Origin: a virus
Reading direction: 5' to 3' (one strand)
IMG/VR virus record: IMGVR_UViG_3300034684_000299
Coordinates: 121,438-185,437 of that record
Length of the DNA stretch: 64,000 bases
Part shown: piece by piece, positions 1 through 9,886 of the stretch
Numbering within the stretch: position 1 is the stretch's first letter
How the letters are laid out: the number at the start of each line of letters is the position of its first letter
Position numbers and translations under genes: made by a program
Notes under the pieces: generated by a model
Told to the model about the DNA's origin: nothing
Database searches by the model: none
The model's input: only the letters and a program-made list of their open reading frames with translations

Positions 1-2
1 AA

Positions 3-857
3 TTACGAGAGTTTAAGGAATGGTACGACAAACAAAACATAAAATACCAAATATTTGATGTAGAAGATGACACATATGATTCAAAAGGAATAGAAATATG
101 GAAATTAGAAGATATGGTAGATATGTATGAAATCTTTACTAAACCCCAAAAGAAAAATCAAAGCTTTAATGTGAAATTGATTTTGACACCCGATAGAACA
201 TATCCATATCTAAAAGAAGGTGCAAAAAGATTTTTGATTATATCAAAAGATTATGGAGGAGTATCAATACAATCAAAATGTATTATATATTATTTGCTGG
301 GTGAGAATCAATTGTTGAATGCAACAGTAGAATTAGAAGTGGATTATAAACCGTCGGAAGTTTATCTGAAGTTTGATGTAGATGGTAGAGAAGAAAGCAT
401 GTTATGGAAGGAATACGATAATAGAGTTATGTATGCAAGAAATAATTACACTATAGATCTGACTAATTATTTACCAGAAAAATTTTTAAAAGAAAATTAT
501 CAAATTATTGTTGATGAGATGAAGAAATTAAGAGAAAAATATCCATATTTCAACACAATACTAAATTATGATTACAACCATATTGGTATAGAAAAAGGTG
601 AATTTATAGTTTATGATAAAGTAATTGTAAAAATAACTCAAAAATTAATTAATGAGATAATGAAAGTAAGAGGTATGTTTACGATTAGAAACAGTGACTT
701 TTATAATGATTTTGTAAAAGCTATTGGGCATGAATTAGTTAGAGGCACAATAGATGACGAGATAAGAATAGAAAAATTAATATTGAATCAAGATTTTGTG
801 AATTTTTCAAAAGATTTATATATGATTTTGGTAAAACTATCTGAAAAGGAGGAATAA
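3..857 (+). CDS. Hypothetical protein, 5'-partial (paralog family L)
   Basis: Frame open to the left edge upstream of the ATG at 114. EWYDKQNI, YYLLG and DYKPS...DVDG motifs are shared with 1672-3021. Confidence 0.8.
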   Translation, partial: LREFKEWYDKQNIKYQIFDVEDDTYDSKGIEIWKLEDMVDMYEIFTKPQKKNQSFNVKLILTPDRTYPYLKEGAKRFLIISKDYGGVSIQSKCIIYYLLGENQLLNATVELEVDYKPSEVYLKFDVDGREESMLWKEYDNRVMYARNNYTIDLTNYLPEKFLKENYQIIVDEMKKLREKYPYFNTILNYDYNHIGIEKGEFIVYDKVIVKITQKLINEIMKVRGMFTIRNSDFYNDFVKAIGHELVRGTIDDEIRIEKLILNQDFVNFSKDLYMILVKLSEKEE

Positions 858-858
858 A

Positions 859-1659
859 ATGAAAATTCCTTGGAGTGATATGAATATTCCCAAAAGGGTT
901 ATCTTTGTAGATGCAAATGTTATTGATAGGTTTCCAGTATTTTGGAAACTAGTGAAAGATAAATTAAAAAAAGAAAAAGTTAGAGGAACAATGGAAAAGA
1001 TTTTATTGCAGAATATAGCATCGATAGGATTGTTTGAAAAAGAAAAATTATTATTTAAATTCCAAGACGATGGATATTATGAGCGAATCAAGAATTATCA
1101 TTTGAATTATAGATATACTATTAATATCCCTAATTTTATGAATAAAGAAGATGCAGATGATATAAATTACAAAACCTTGAATGATAAATATTACAAATTG
1201 AAAGTAGGCAGTATTTATCGAGTATTACAAGGAAAAACAGCAGAGCAATTGTTGAGTTTTTTCATGAGATTAAACAAAAAGACGGAGAATTTGTACACAT
1301 TATTGAATATGGGAATAGCGGATAAAATTATGAATTCGGAGTTCAACAAATATTTAGATGAAAATGATTTGAAAAAATATTTGGAGTTTAGTGATTTTAC
1401 AGCGTATTTCCCAACAATAGATTTTATAGATTACAATGATTTCGATGAAAATGGGAAAATCATCTATTATCCATACGAAGAATTCTATAACCTCATGGTT
1501 GAATTAGAGAATAAGTCTTATTCAGCCAATGAGGATTTTAAAGACAGAGTAAAAAGATATAGATATATGGAAGAATTAATTTTAGATTTAGAAAAACAAA
1601 TAAAAGTTATATTGGAAAATGTACCAGATAAATATATCATTGATTTATCAAAAATATAA
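859..1659 (+). CDS. Hypothetical protein (family A)
   Basis: RBS AAGGAGG. N-terminal MKIPWSDMNIPKR and C-terminal IIDLSKI are shared with three paralogs. Confidence 0.85.
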   Translation: MKIPWSDMNIPKRVIFVDANVIDRFPVFWKLVKDKLKKEKVRGTMEKILLQNIASIGLFEKEKLLFKFQDDGYYERIKNYHLNYRYTINIPNFMNKEDADDINYKTLNDKYYKLKVGSIYRVLQGKTAEQLLSFFMRLNKKTENLYTLLNMGIADKIMNSEFNKYLDENDLKKYLEFSDFTAYFPTIDFIDYNDFDENGKIIYYPYEEFYNLMVELENKSYSANEDFKDRVKRYRYMEELILDLEKQIKVILENVPDKYIIDLSKI

Positions 1660-1671
1660 GGAGGGGCTAAC

Positions 1672-3021
1672 ATGGATGAGAAATTATTTGAAGTGAATAA
1701 TAGTGTAGAAAGAACATTGCGATGGGTGTATGTGCCTATTATAAAAAATGCTTTTGAGTTTGATAATGAAAGATTTGACGTTATGCTTGAAAATTATGTG
1801 GATTATATTCCTTTTTATGAAGAACAAAAGTTTGATGAAGATAATAGATATAAAGTAGCAAAACTCTTAAATATGTTTAATTTAGCTGAATATTTTGGTG
1901 TGATTGACGATTATGATATTGAAGATCTGGACAAAGAAGAGTTATACCTTCTTATAAACCAAGAAGCGAGGAGTAATACAAAAGAATATACTTCCACTAA
2001 TCTTATTAAAAATAAAATATTCGAGGACTTTGTAGAATGGTATAACAAACAAAACATTGATTTTATCCAATTAGATATGAAAGATAAGGAATATACAATA
2101 ACAGGTTGGAATTTTTCAGAATACGTTAATACAGAACAAATATTCAAAGATGAAGATCAATGGAAATTTGATGTTAAACCCTGGCTAATTTTAAAACCAA
2201 ATCATGACTATTCTTATTTAAAAGATGATGCTATTGAACACTTTAATTTATATTATGAACTAGCCAATTATGATATAACGGTTTCTTCCGTTATTCTTAA
2301 ATATTATTTGTTAGGAGTACATCAAATGTTCAATTCATTAGCTGAAGTTGATGGGAAAGATTTTAAACCTTCTTGGGATTTTGATATAGAATTCGAAGTG
2401 GACGGGGAAAAGCAAAAGCTTCATTGGGAACCATATAGAGACACAAACGCTCCTGACAATTATTGTATAAATGTAAAAGGATTGTATTTAGACCTTGTGG
2501 CACCATACGACGATTTAGACAATGAATATGGTGAAGTTGATTATGAATATATAAATAACTTATACAACAAAATTATAGAAGACCATATAAGATCTTTGGA
2601 AGGAGATTTTGATTTTCATCCATTGGTTCTAGGCAGAAGTGGTGGATATTTCGGATTTCAAAAAGAAGATTTTAAGATCTTTGATACCATTATTATTAAA
2701 GTAAATAACGAATTAATTGAAGAAGTAATCTCAGGTGGAGCTAACTTTTCAATTCAAGATTTTAGAGGAAGTTTTCTAAAAGAAATAGAAGATATGGTAT
2801 CTGACATGTTTGCTTCAAACACTGATGTAGAAATGATTGAAATAGAAGATTTTGAATTTGATGATGAATTCATTGAATTCAATCAATCTGTATACAAAGC
2901 TATAAAAGCATTAAGTTCTGGTCCAGAGTTGAGAAACTGGGAAGAATATGAGTTTTGGTTGGAGAATGATTATGATAATTCCAAGTTGGAGGAGTTTAGA
3001 AAAAAGAAACTTTCAGAATAA
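1672..3021 (+). CDS. Acidic hypothetical protein (family L)
   Basis: 449 aa ORF with RBS; central part aligns by eye with the ORF at 3-857. Confidence 0.85.
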   Translation: MDEKLFEVNNSVERTLRWVYVPIIKNAFEFDNERFDVMLENYVDYIPFYEEQKFDEDNRYKVAKLLNMFNLAEYFGVIDDYDIEDLDKEELYLLINQEARSNTKEYTSTNLIKNKIFEDFVEWYNKQNIDFIQLDMKDKEYTITGWNFSEYVNTEQIFKDEDQWKFDVKPWLILKPNHDYSYLKDDAIEHFNLYYELANYDITVSSVILKYYLLGVHQMFNSLAEVDGKDFKPSWDFDIEFEVDGEKQKLHWEPYRDTNAPDNYCINVKGLYLDLVAPYDDLDNEYGEVDYEYINNLYNKIIEDHIRSLEGDFDFHPLVLGRSGGYFGFQKEDFKIFDTIIIKVNNELIEEVISGGANFSIQDFRGSFLKEIEDMVSDMFASNTDVEMIEIEDFEFDDEFIEFNQSVYKAIKALSSGPELRNWEEYEFWLENDYDNSKLEEFRKKKLSE

Positions 3022-3045
3022 AGAGGCTATATGCCTCTTTTTTTT
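3021..3045 (+). terminator. Intrinsic terminator
   Basis: AGAGGC-tatat-GCCTCT followed by a T-tract. Confidence 0.75.
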
Positions 3046-3062
3046 CTAAAAAGCAAAGTTTT

Positions 3063-3073
3063 TTGGTATATAT
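3063..3073 (+). promoter_or_regulatory. Repeated early-promoter-like motif TTGGTATATAT (copy 1)
   Basis: Same 11-mer lies in four intergenic gaps upstream of + strand gene runs. Confidence 0.6.
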
Positions 3074-3101
3074 CAATTATATTTGATAAGGAGGTGTTTC
3101 T

Positions 3102-3866
3102 ATGCAAATACCATGGCAAGATATCAAAGTTCCAAAAAGATATATTACAGTTAACAAAAAAATGACTGAGAAATTTCCTATATTATGGAAGTTATTTGAA
3201 TATGGAGCTGATGATATTATAGCGGCACAAAAACGATTCAACAAATTATTAATAAAAAATATTTTTGAAATAGGATTAACTGAAGATATGAAATTAGAAT
3301 TTAATTTTAGAGTTGGAGAAGATTTTCTACCACAAAAACTTATGTATTTTGTTAAACCAATATTGAGAAAAAAACCCCTTAAGGATTTCATTGGTGGAAA
3401 ATATACTTTAAATACTGTAAAACCAGAAGATGAAGCAAATGTATTTGAATTTTTTCAAAAATTAAATAGCAAAATTGGTACTAGATATCAACCTTATCAG
3501 AATCAAATAAATGAAATAGTTCAAAATTCTGAATTAGCCAAATTTCTAAAACAATTTCCGAATATTATAAGAATGTATAAATTACAACACAGCGAAATCA
3601 TTAAATATGCTCCTGAGATTGAATTTGTTCAAGATGAGGATTTTTATAGTAATAGTAGAATTTTGAGATTTTATTTTACAGGTTCCATTAATATCCTTAG
3701 TGGCGAAATTAGACATGAGTTGGATGAAAATAAAGACCTTAACGATAGTGAAAGAGAGAAGTATAAAGAACAAGTAAGCAATTGGTGTGATGAAATGGAA
3801 CGAAAAATAACAAAATTGTTGGAAAATATAAAAGAAAGTGATATATTAGATTTATCTGAACTTTAA
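3102..3866 (+). CDS. Hypothetical protein (family A)
   Basis: MQIPWQDIKVPKRY...ILDLSEL. Confidence 0.85.
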   Translation: MQIPWQDIKVPKRYITVNKKMTEKFPILWKLFEYGADDIIAAQKRFNKLLIKNIFEIGLTEDMKLEFNFRVGEDFLPQKLMYFVKPILRKKPLKDFIGGKYTLNTVKPEDEANVFEFFQKLNSKIGTRYQPYQNQINEIVQNSELAKFLKQFPNIIRMYKLQHSEIIKYAPEIEFVQDEDFYSNSRILRFYFTGSINILSGEIRHELDENKDLNDSEREKYKEQVSNWCDEMERKITKLLENIKESDILDLSEL

Positions 3867-3892
3867 AACAACTGATAAAAAGGAGGAATATT

Positions 3893-4657
3893 ATGCGAAT
3901 ACCTTGGAGAGATATCAAAATACCAAAAAGATATATAAGAATAGATTATAAAACTATCAAGAAATTTCCTGTATTTTGGAAGTTGTTTGCGGATCAAGCT
4001 TATGATATATTTCTTGATAAAAGAATAATAAACAAATTAATGATGAAAAATTTATTGGAAACTGGTCCAAATGAAAATACAAAGTTAGATTTTGCTTTCA
4101 AAATAGATGAAGGTATTACTCCAATAAGACTTGAATTTGAAATGCGTTTACATCCAGAAGATTTAAATTTTCCTTATGTGGATTCACTTCTAGATATTCA
4201 AGGAGTTATTTATGATCCTGACGATGAAATGGAATTGTTTGAATTTTTTAAAAAATTGAACAGCAAAATTAATTCAATGCATCCTTCTTACATTGATAAG
4301 ATAAATGATATATTAAAAAATTCAAAGTTGCAACATTTTATCAAACAAGACGAGAAAATAAATAAACTTCCTGAATTTCAGGATGAAGATTTAACAAAAT
4401 TTGCTCCAAAAATAGAATTTATACAGAAAGGGGATTTTGATGAAAACGGAGAAATGACTTTTTATGCAACGGATTCAATTAATTTACTTAGTGCCAAAAT
4501 AAGAGGAAGATTCATAAACAATTCTAGTTTTTCTAAAGAAGAAGAAGAAAAATATACAGATATAGTTAAAGAAGGATTCGAAGATATAGAGGAACAAATA
4601 AAGGAAATGTTGGAGAAAATAGATGAAAAAGATATGATAGATTTATCTGAACTTTGA
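3893..4657 (+). CDS. Hypothetical protein (family A)
   Basis: MRIPWRDIKIPKRY...MIDLSEL. Confidence 0.85.
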   Translation: MRIPWRDIKIPKRYIRIDYKTIKKFPVFWKLFADQAYDIFLDKRIINKLMMKNLLETGPNENTKLDFAFKIDEGITPIRLEFEMRLHPEDLNFPYVDSLLDIQGVIYDPDDEMELFEFFKKLNSKINSMHPSYIDKINDILKNSKLQHFIKQDEKINKLPEFQDEDLTKFAPKIEFIQKGDFDENGEMTFYATDSINLLSAKIRGRFINNSSFSKEEEEKYTDIVKEGFEDIEEQIKEMLEKIDEKDMIDLSEL

Positions 4658-4685
4658 AAAAAAGTTAATAAAAAGGAGAGATATT

Positions 4686-5456
4686 ATGTCAGTTTTGTGG
4701 GGAAATGTAAGAGTACCTAAACGGTATATAAGAATAAATCATCAAACCATCAAAAAGTTTCCTATATTTTGGGAATTGTTTCTGAGCTATATAGACGATA
4801 CATTCCAGAACCAAAACAGACAAAATCAAATATTGCTCAGAAATATGATGGAAATAGGTTTGACAAAGGAAACCAATTTAGACGTTATGTTTGAAAAAGA
4901 TTCAGAAACCTTTTCTTCGAGAGAATTATTTCCAGAGTCAATTAGATATGGAATAGAACCAATAAATGCAAACATACCTTTTGAAGATTTGCCCATCCAT
5001 ACTATGAAATATATGATTGACCACAGAAAAGAGCTAGCTATTCTTGATTTCTTAGAAAAATTAAGTAGAAAAATTGATTCAATAAATGCTATATATCCAT
5101 CAAAGATACAAGGTGTTATATGGAATTCAAATTTGTATAGTATTTTGTCAAAAGTTCCAGAGGACAATTATGAATTGCAAGAAGAAGATATAATGAGATA
5201 TGCACCTGAAATAGAGTTTATTCAGATTGATGATTTTGATGAAGAAGGAAATTTAATATTTAGTTTTAGGAATTTTATTGATGAATTTAATTTAAAATTA
5301 GACGAGTTTATAGAAAGAAATAATAAATTGACAGAATATGAGAAGAGCAATTATAGAATGCAAATAAGAAAGGAATGTCTTAAGATTGAAAAAGAAATAA
5401 AACATATATTAGAAAGATTGGATAAAAATGAAATTATAGATTTATCACAATTGTAG
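4686..5456 (+). CDS. Hypothetical protein (family A)
   Basis: MSVLWGNVRVPKRY...IIDLSQL. Confidence 0.85.
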   Translation: MSVLWGNVRVPKRYIRINHQTIKKFPIFWELFLSYIDDTFQNQNRQNQILLRNMMEIGLTKETNLDVMFEKDSETFSSRELFPESIRYGIEPINANIPFEDLPIHTMKYMIDHRKELAILDFLEKLSRKIDSINAIYPSKIQGVIWNSNLYSILSKVPEDNYELQEEDIMRYAPEIEFIQIDDFDEEGNLIFSFRNFIDEFNLKLDEFIERNNKLTEYEKSNYRMQIRKECLKIEKEIKHILERLDKNEIIDLSQL

Positions 5457-5471
5457 AAAGGAGGAAGAAAG

Positions 5472-5822
5472 ATGAAAAAGGAAGAATTTAAAAAAATAGT
5501 TGAAAAGAAAGCTGGAGATTTGCGATTTGTAAAAGTTGAAATAGAATTAGACAAGCTAAAGGAAATTGATAATGCAGAGTATCAACGATGGATTCAAAGA
5601 ATTAGTGAGTTCAAACAGTTGGAAGATTCAGGAGAAGAGTTCAAGAAAAATGGAAAAGTTATGTATGAGTTTAATCTGAATGCTTCATCTATTGAGAGTT
5701 GTTTGACTTATTATCAGCGAATGATTCAAAGTGGTGGCATAAAATTTTGGAATTATTTGGATGATGGAGAATTGGATATGTACGCACAAATTCTCAATCA
5801 AACAGAAAATTTATATAACTAA
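5472..5822 (+). CDS. Hypothetical protein (family D)
   Basis: MKKEEFKK start, F-x-x-N-G-x-x-x-Y-x-F core, C-terminal W...YAQIL. Confidence 0.8.
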   Translation: MKKEEFKKIVEKKAGDLRFVKVEIELDKLKEIDNAEYQRWIQRISEFKQLEDSGEEFKKNGKVMYEFNLNASSIESCLTYYQRMIQSGGIKFWNYLDDGELDMYAQILNQTENLYN

Positions 5823-5834
5823 GGAGGAATTAGT

Positions 5835-6605
5835 ATGATGCAAGAATATCAGATTTTTGTGAAGGATGTAGAATATAAAGATTTAAAAGGTGATTTGTAT
5901 GTAGGGAGTATTTTGGAAGGCGATTGGTTTGAAACTCCACAAGATACATTGGAGCAAAGAGCTATTATGTTAATTCCAGAGTTGAAAGACAAAAAATTCG
6001 AGATTATAGTTGGAGAACCTATCTCATTGTTAGCAGAAAAGAATTTAAGAACCGACAAATTATATATAAGTATATACGAAACGAGTTACGATATGGAATA
6101 CAAACCATATGATTCATTAATATATGCATTATATCATCCACATATTGAACTAATAAATAATGCAAATAAAAGTTATACTGAGTTTGATTCGTGGGAAAAG
6201 TATCGAAATTATTTAATCACAGAATATGACCCTCATGTTATATTCCCAGTAAAGTATCCTGGAGGTTCAGCTTTTGGATTGCAATTACAGAAAGAAATTC
6301 CAAATAAACATATGGTAGGTTTTATGCTTATGACAAAGGAGTTTGCAAGTGCAAACCTCATTTCACAATATGAAGCAAAAATAATCATAGAAGAAGCTTT
6401 AGAGGAATATAGCTATTATCTTTCAGATGAAGTATACAAAGTAGTTGCTTATGATCTACTCAAGCTGTATAAACATAATGAAATAGAGCCCATACTCGAA
6501 GAAGTTATCTTGGGATATGATAATGCATTAGCTTTTGTCGAAGAACTAAATGATGCTTTGCCAGAAAGTCTAAAATTTGAACCTAATGAACTTAAGGATG
6601 ATTAA
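5835..6605 (+). CDS. Hypothetical protein (family B)
   Basis: TDKLYIS, VGFM and EYSYYLSDEVY motifs shared with 8638, 24533 and 27922. Confidence 0.85.
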   Translation: MMQEYQIFVKDVEYKDLKGDLYVGSILEGDWFETPQDTLEQRAIMLIPELKDKKFEIIVGEPISLLAEKNLRTDKLYISIYETSYDMEYKPYDSLIYALYHPHIELINNANKSYTEFDSWEKYRNYLITEYDPHVIFPVKYPGGSAFGLQLQKEIPNKHMVGFMLMTKEFASANLISQYEAKIIIEEALEEYSYYLSDEVYKVVAYDLLKLYKHNEIEPILEEVILGYDNALAFVEELNDALPESLKFEPNELKDD

Positions 6606-6624
6606 TAAATAAGGAGGAATTAAA

Positions 6625-7053
6625 ATGAAAATAGGAGACTTTAAAAAAGAAGTATTAAACAAAATACGTCAGGATATTGACTATGAAGAACAATTTCCTA
6701 TAGATGATTATGAAATGAGTTTAGAGGAAGTATTAAACATAGATGATGAGAAAGAAATGTCTTTAAAAGATATAGAAGATGAATTGAAAAATGCTCAAGA
6801 ATATTTTGGAGAACACGCTGATAGTTTAGTAGATGTTTATACAAGGGATTTATTGTATTGGTATGCAGAAGATGTCAACAGAATAGCTTATATGGAAGAT
6901 GCAATCAAAGAACTAGGAGCACAAGAGGCTTACCAGATTTTGTCTGGAGGGCAGTATCTGTATTGGGAAGAAGTTTTGAATGAGGTAATAGAAGCAGGAT
7001 TGGGATTAGTTCAAACGGAAGATAACGAAACAGAAGAAGATGAAGAAGAATAA
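6625..7053 (+). CDS. Highly acidic protein, putative Ocr-like DNA mimic (family C)
   Basis: HADSLVDVYTRDLL resembles the T7 gp0.3 motif AADNAVPHYYADIF; acidic tail TEEDEEE. The ORF is secure, the function tentative. Confidence 0.5.
   Translation: MKIGDFKKEVLNKIRQDIDYEEQFPIDDYEMSLEEVLNIDDEKEMSLKDIEDELKNAQEYFGEHADSLVDVYTRDLLYWYAEDVNRIAYMEDAIKELGAQEAYQILSGGQYLYWEEVLNEVIEAGLGLVQTEDNETEEDEEE
6898..7041 (+). repeat. 144-bp direct repeat, copy 1 (3' half of a family C gene)
   Basis: 4 mismatches against 7340-7483 by manual comparison. Confidence 0.9.
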
Positions 7054-7066
7054 AGGAGGAATTAAA

Positions 7067-7513
7067 ATGAAAATAGGAGATTTTAAGAAAGCAGTATTAT
7101 ACAAAATATGGCAAGATTTTGCTTTTAAAAATAGAACTCCTACAGTTGATTATCAAACAGCTATAAATGAGATTTTGTATGAGACAGATGATACAGAGAA
7201 GACTAAAGAAGAAATAGCAGATAAATTAACAAAAGTACAGGATTTTGTAGGAGACTATGCTGACAATTTAATTGACACTTATACAACAGATCAATTAGAT
7301 TGGTATTCAAACGACGCTAACAGAATAGATTATATGGATGATGCAATCAAAGAACTAGGAGCACAAGAGGCTTACCAGATTTTGTCTGGAGGGCAGTATC
7401 TGTATTGGGAAGAAGTTCTTAATGAGGTAATAGAAGCAGGATTGGAAGTAGTTCAAACGGAAGATAACGAAACAGAAGAAGATAAAGATGAAAATGAAAA
7501 TAAAGAAGAATAA
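7067..7513 (+). CDS. Highly acidic protein, putative Ocr-like DNA mimic (family C)
   Basis: Start placed at the ATG after AAAGGAGG (ORF track starts at 7040). YADNLIDTYTTDQL and GGQYLYWEEV motifs. Confidence 0.5.
   Translation: MKIGDFKKAVLYKIWQDFAFKNRTPTVDYQTAINEILYETDDTEKTKEEIADKLTKVQDFVGDYADNLIDTYTTDQLDWYSNDANRIDYMDDAIKELGAQEAYQILSGGQYLYWEEVLNEVIEAGLEVVQTEDNETEEDKDENENKEE
7340..7483 (+). repeat. 144-bp direct repeat, copy 2
   Basis: Near-identical to 6898-7041. Confidence 0.9.
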
Positions 7514-7527
7514 AGGAGGTATAAAAA

Positions 7528-7914
7528 ATGAGTGATGCAGAATTGTGGGAGGAACGTTTAAAAAAAGAAGAAGTAAAACAACAAATAAAAGAAAAAATGA
7601 TAGAAGCAATTACTAAACTTCTATCAAAAAACGATAGGAATTTGTATAGTTATTGGATATATTTTGATGTTAAAGGTAATGTTCATTTAGAACAAACAAA
7701 ACAAATGGAAGCAGAAGATTTTAGAGACAACAAAAATGAAAAAATTTATGTTATTACACATTTTAATACTACTGATAGATTTTTGAAAGACTTTCTTAAA
7801 AAACCAGACTTTTGGTTAGAACATATAATCGAAGTGGCTATGAATGAAATTCAAAGAAAAATAGCTTGGGAAGAATATTTCAGAAAACAAAAAGAAAAAC
7901 AAAGTGTTATTTAA
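7528..7914 (+). CDS. Hypothetical protein (family F, divergent)
   Basis: W...IKEKMIEA...IYFDVKGNVHL pattern. Confidence 0.75.
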   Translation: MSDAELWEERLKKEEVKQQIKEKMIEAITKLLSKNDRNLYSYWIYFDVKGNVHLEQTKQMEAEDFRDNKNEKIYVITHFNTTDRFLKDFLKKPDFWLEHIIEVAMNEIQRKIAWEEYFRKQKEKQSVI

Positions 7915-7932
7915 AAAAAAGGAGGAATTTAA

Positions 7933-8256
7933 ATGTATAAAGTAATTACAATTAAAAATTTCGTTGATGACTTCAAAAATTCAAGTTACAAAGACCATTT
8001 TTCGTATGAAGGGCTTATTGAACTCTTCAAGCATTTCGAAGAGATGGAAAATGAGTTTGATGAAAATTATGTGTTTGATATTGTGGGTATATGTGGCCAA
8101 TTTAGTGAATATCCAAATGTCGAAACGGCTTTAAAAGAATTGGGTGTAGATTCTGAAAAAGAGCTAAGAGAAAATTATTTTGTTATTGATATACCAGAAC
8201 GTGATGGCATAATAGTACAAGTTGATGATTTCCCACAGGAATGGCAATTAATATAA
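7933..8256 (+). CDS. Acidic hypothetical phage protein (family E)
   Basis: FSYEGLIELF...FDIVGICGQFSEY; paralog of 8278. Confidence 0.8.
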   Translation: MYKVITIKNFVDDFKNSSYKDHFSYEGLIELFKHFEEMENEFDENYVFDIVGICGQFSEYPNVETALKELGVDSEKELRENYFVIDIPERDGIIVQVDDFPQEWQLI

Positions 8257-8277
8257 ACTTTAAAAGGAGGAATTAAA

Positions 8278-8610
8278 ATGTATAAAAAATTAGATTTTTG
8301 TGATTTTATTCAAGAATTTAGAAATTCAAGATTTAGAGACTATTTTTCAAATCAAGGTTTGCTTGTTTTATTTAACTATTTAGAAAAACTTGAAGAAGAA
8401 CTTAAGGAGAATTTCGTTTTTGATATTGTAACAATTTGTGATCAATTTCGGGAATTTCCAGATGTAGAAACAGTTTTAGAGGAATTTTATTTAGGTACTG
8501 AACAAGATTTAAGAGAAAGATATAAAATTATTGAATTTCCTGGAAATGAGGGTTTGATTGTTCAAATTGATAAATTCCCTAAACCTTGGCAAAAGGTTCA
8601 GAACTTTTGA
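8278..8610 (+). CDS. Acidic hypothetical phage protein (family E)
   Basis: FSNQGLLVLF...FDIVTICDQFREF. Confidence 0.8.
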   Translation: MYKKLDFCDFIQEFRNSRFRDYFSNQGLLVLFNYLEKLEEELKENFVFDIVTICDQFREFPDVETVLEEFYLGTEQDLRERYKIIEFPGNEGLIVQIDKFPKPWQKVQNF

Positions 8611-8637
8611 GACAAAATTTAAAAAGGAGGAATTAAT

Positions 8638-9435
8638 GTGTTGAAACAATATAAGATACTTATTGATAATGCTGAGAGCAAAGGTTTTAAAGGGAAGTTA
8701 GATATAAATAAAAGTTTCTTAGCATATGTTGAAGACGAGGAAAGAGAAGAAGAAACGTTAAGAAATAAAGCAATTGAACTAATTCCAGAATTAAAAGATA
8801 TGAGTTTTTCTTTAGAACCAATTTGGGAATTAAAAAAAGAAGGTCATAATTATAATAATGATAGGTTCACGGACAAGATATATGTAAGTGTGGATTATGA
8901 TACAGGAGAATGGGAATATGAACCATTAGACTATGTGGATTTTGCACTATTCTACAAAAAATATAAGTTCATAAATACAGTTCCATTCACACCTGATAGA
9001 TTTGAAAGTTGGGAAGAAATGGAAAGATTTATAATGAAAGAATACAATCCTGTTGCTATTATCCCAGTATCCCTCCATGATCATGGGGGGCTTGTTTTAC
9101 TTGATTGGGTAGAAAGGGGATGGGATACTATGCAAATAGGATATATGTTTATATCAAGAGAGACGGCAAATCGAGAAAATTTAACTGAAGAGCAAGCTAA
9201 GAAACTTTTGAAAGACACATTTGATGAATATGCGGCTTATGTGCAAGGTGAGTGTTATATAATAGATATATTTGATTTAACTGAGTTATATAAAGAAGAT
9301 GAAATGGCTCCAATCGAAACCATATCTATTTTAGGGTATGACTATTTGCAAGAAGTGTTAGAAAAAAAGTTAAATGAATTTTTACCGGAAAGGTTGCAAT
9401 TTAAGAAAGACGAGTTATTAGAAGTTCTCGAATGA
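8638..9435 (+). CDS. Hypothetical protein (family B)
   Basis: GTG start with RBS; SLHDHGG...GWD..QIGYM...EYAAYVQGECY. Confidence 0.85.
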   Translation: MLKQYKILIDNAESKGFKGKLDINKSFLAYVEDEEREEETLRNKAIELIPELKDMSFSLEPIWELKKEGHNYNNDRFTDKIYVSVDYDTGEWEYEPLDYVDFALFYKKYKFINTVPFTPDRFESWEEMERFIMKEYNPVAIIPVSLHDHGGLVLLDWVERGWDTMQIGYMFISRETANRENLTEEQAKKLLKDTFDEYAAYVQGECYIIDIFDLTELYKEDEMAPIETISILGYDYLQEVLEKKLNEFLPERLQFKKDELLEVLE

Positions 9436-9463
9436 AAAAACAAAAATCAAAGGAGGAATTTAA

Positions 9464-9871
9464 ATGAAAGCAGGAGATTTTAGAAAAGAAGTATTAGACA
9501 TAATACGTGATAATTTTGATTACGACAAACGAATCCCAATGGAAGATTATGAAACTGCTTTAGATAAAGTTTTAGATGCGGTTGATGAAGAAGATATGAC
9601 ATTAGAGGAAATAGAAAAAGAATTAACAGATGTTGAAGGTAATGTACATGATTATGCCGATGGTTCTGTTCATCCTTATACAGCGGATCTTTTGAGATGG
9701 TATTTGGAAGATATAAATAGGGTATATTATATGGAAGATGCAATCAAAGAGCTAGGTGCTGAAGATGGATTTCAGGTTTTAACTGGTGGGCAATATTTAT
9801 ATTGGGAAGAAGTTTTGAACGAAGTAATAGAAGTTTGTTTGCAATTAATAGAAACAAAGAAAAAAAAATGA
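9464..9871 (+). CDS. Putative Ocr-like DNA mimic (family C)
   Basis: HDYADGSVHPYTADLL is the closest by-eye match to the Ocr motif. Confidence 0.5.
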   Translation: MKAGDFRKEVLDIIRDNFDYDKRIPMEDYETALDKVLDAVDEEDMTLEEIEKELTDVEGNVHDYADGSVHPYTADLLRWYLEDINRVYYMEDAIKELGAEDGFQVLTGGQYLYWEEVLNEVIEVCLQLIETKKKK

Positions 9872-9886
9872 ATCTAAAAAAGAAGA

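Noticed and set aside
6898-7483. Diversity-generating retroelement TR/VR pair
   Set aside because: The mismatches are not confined to adenines, both copies are coding, and no reverse transcriptase is in the window.
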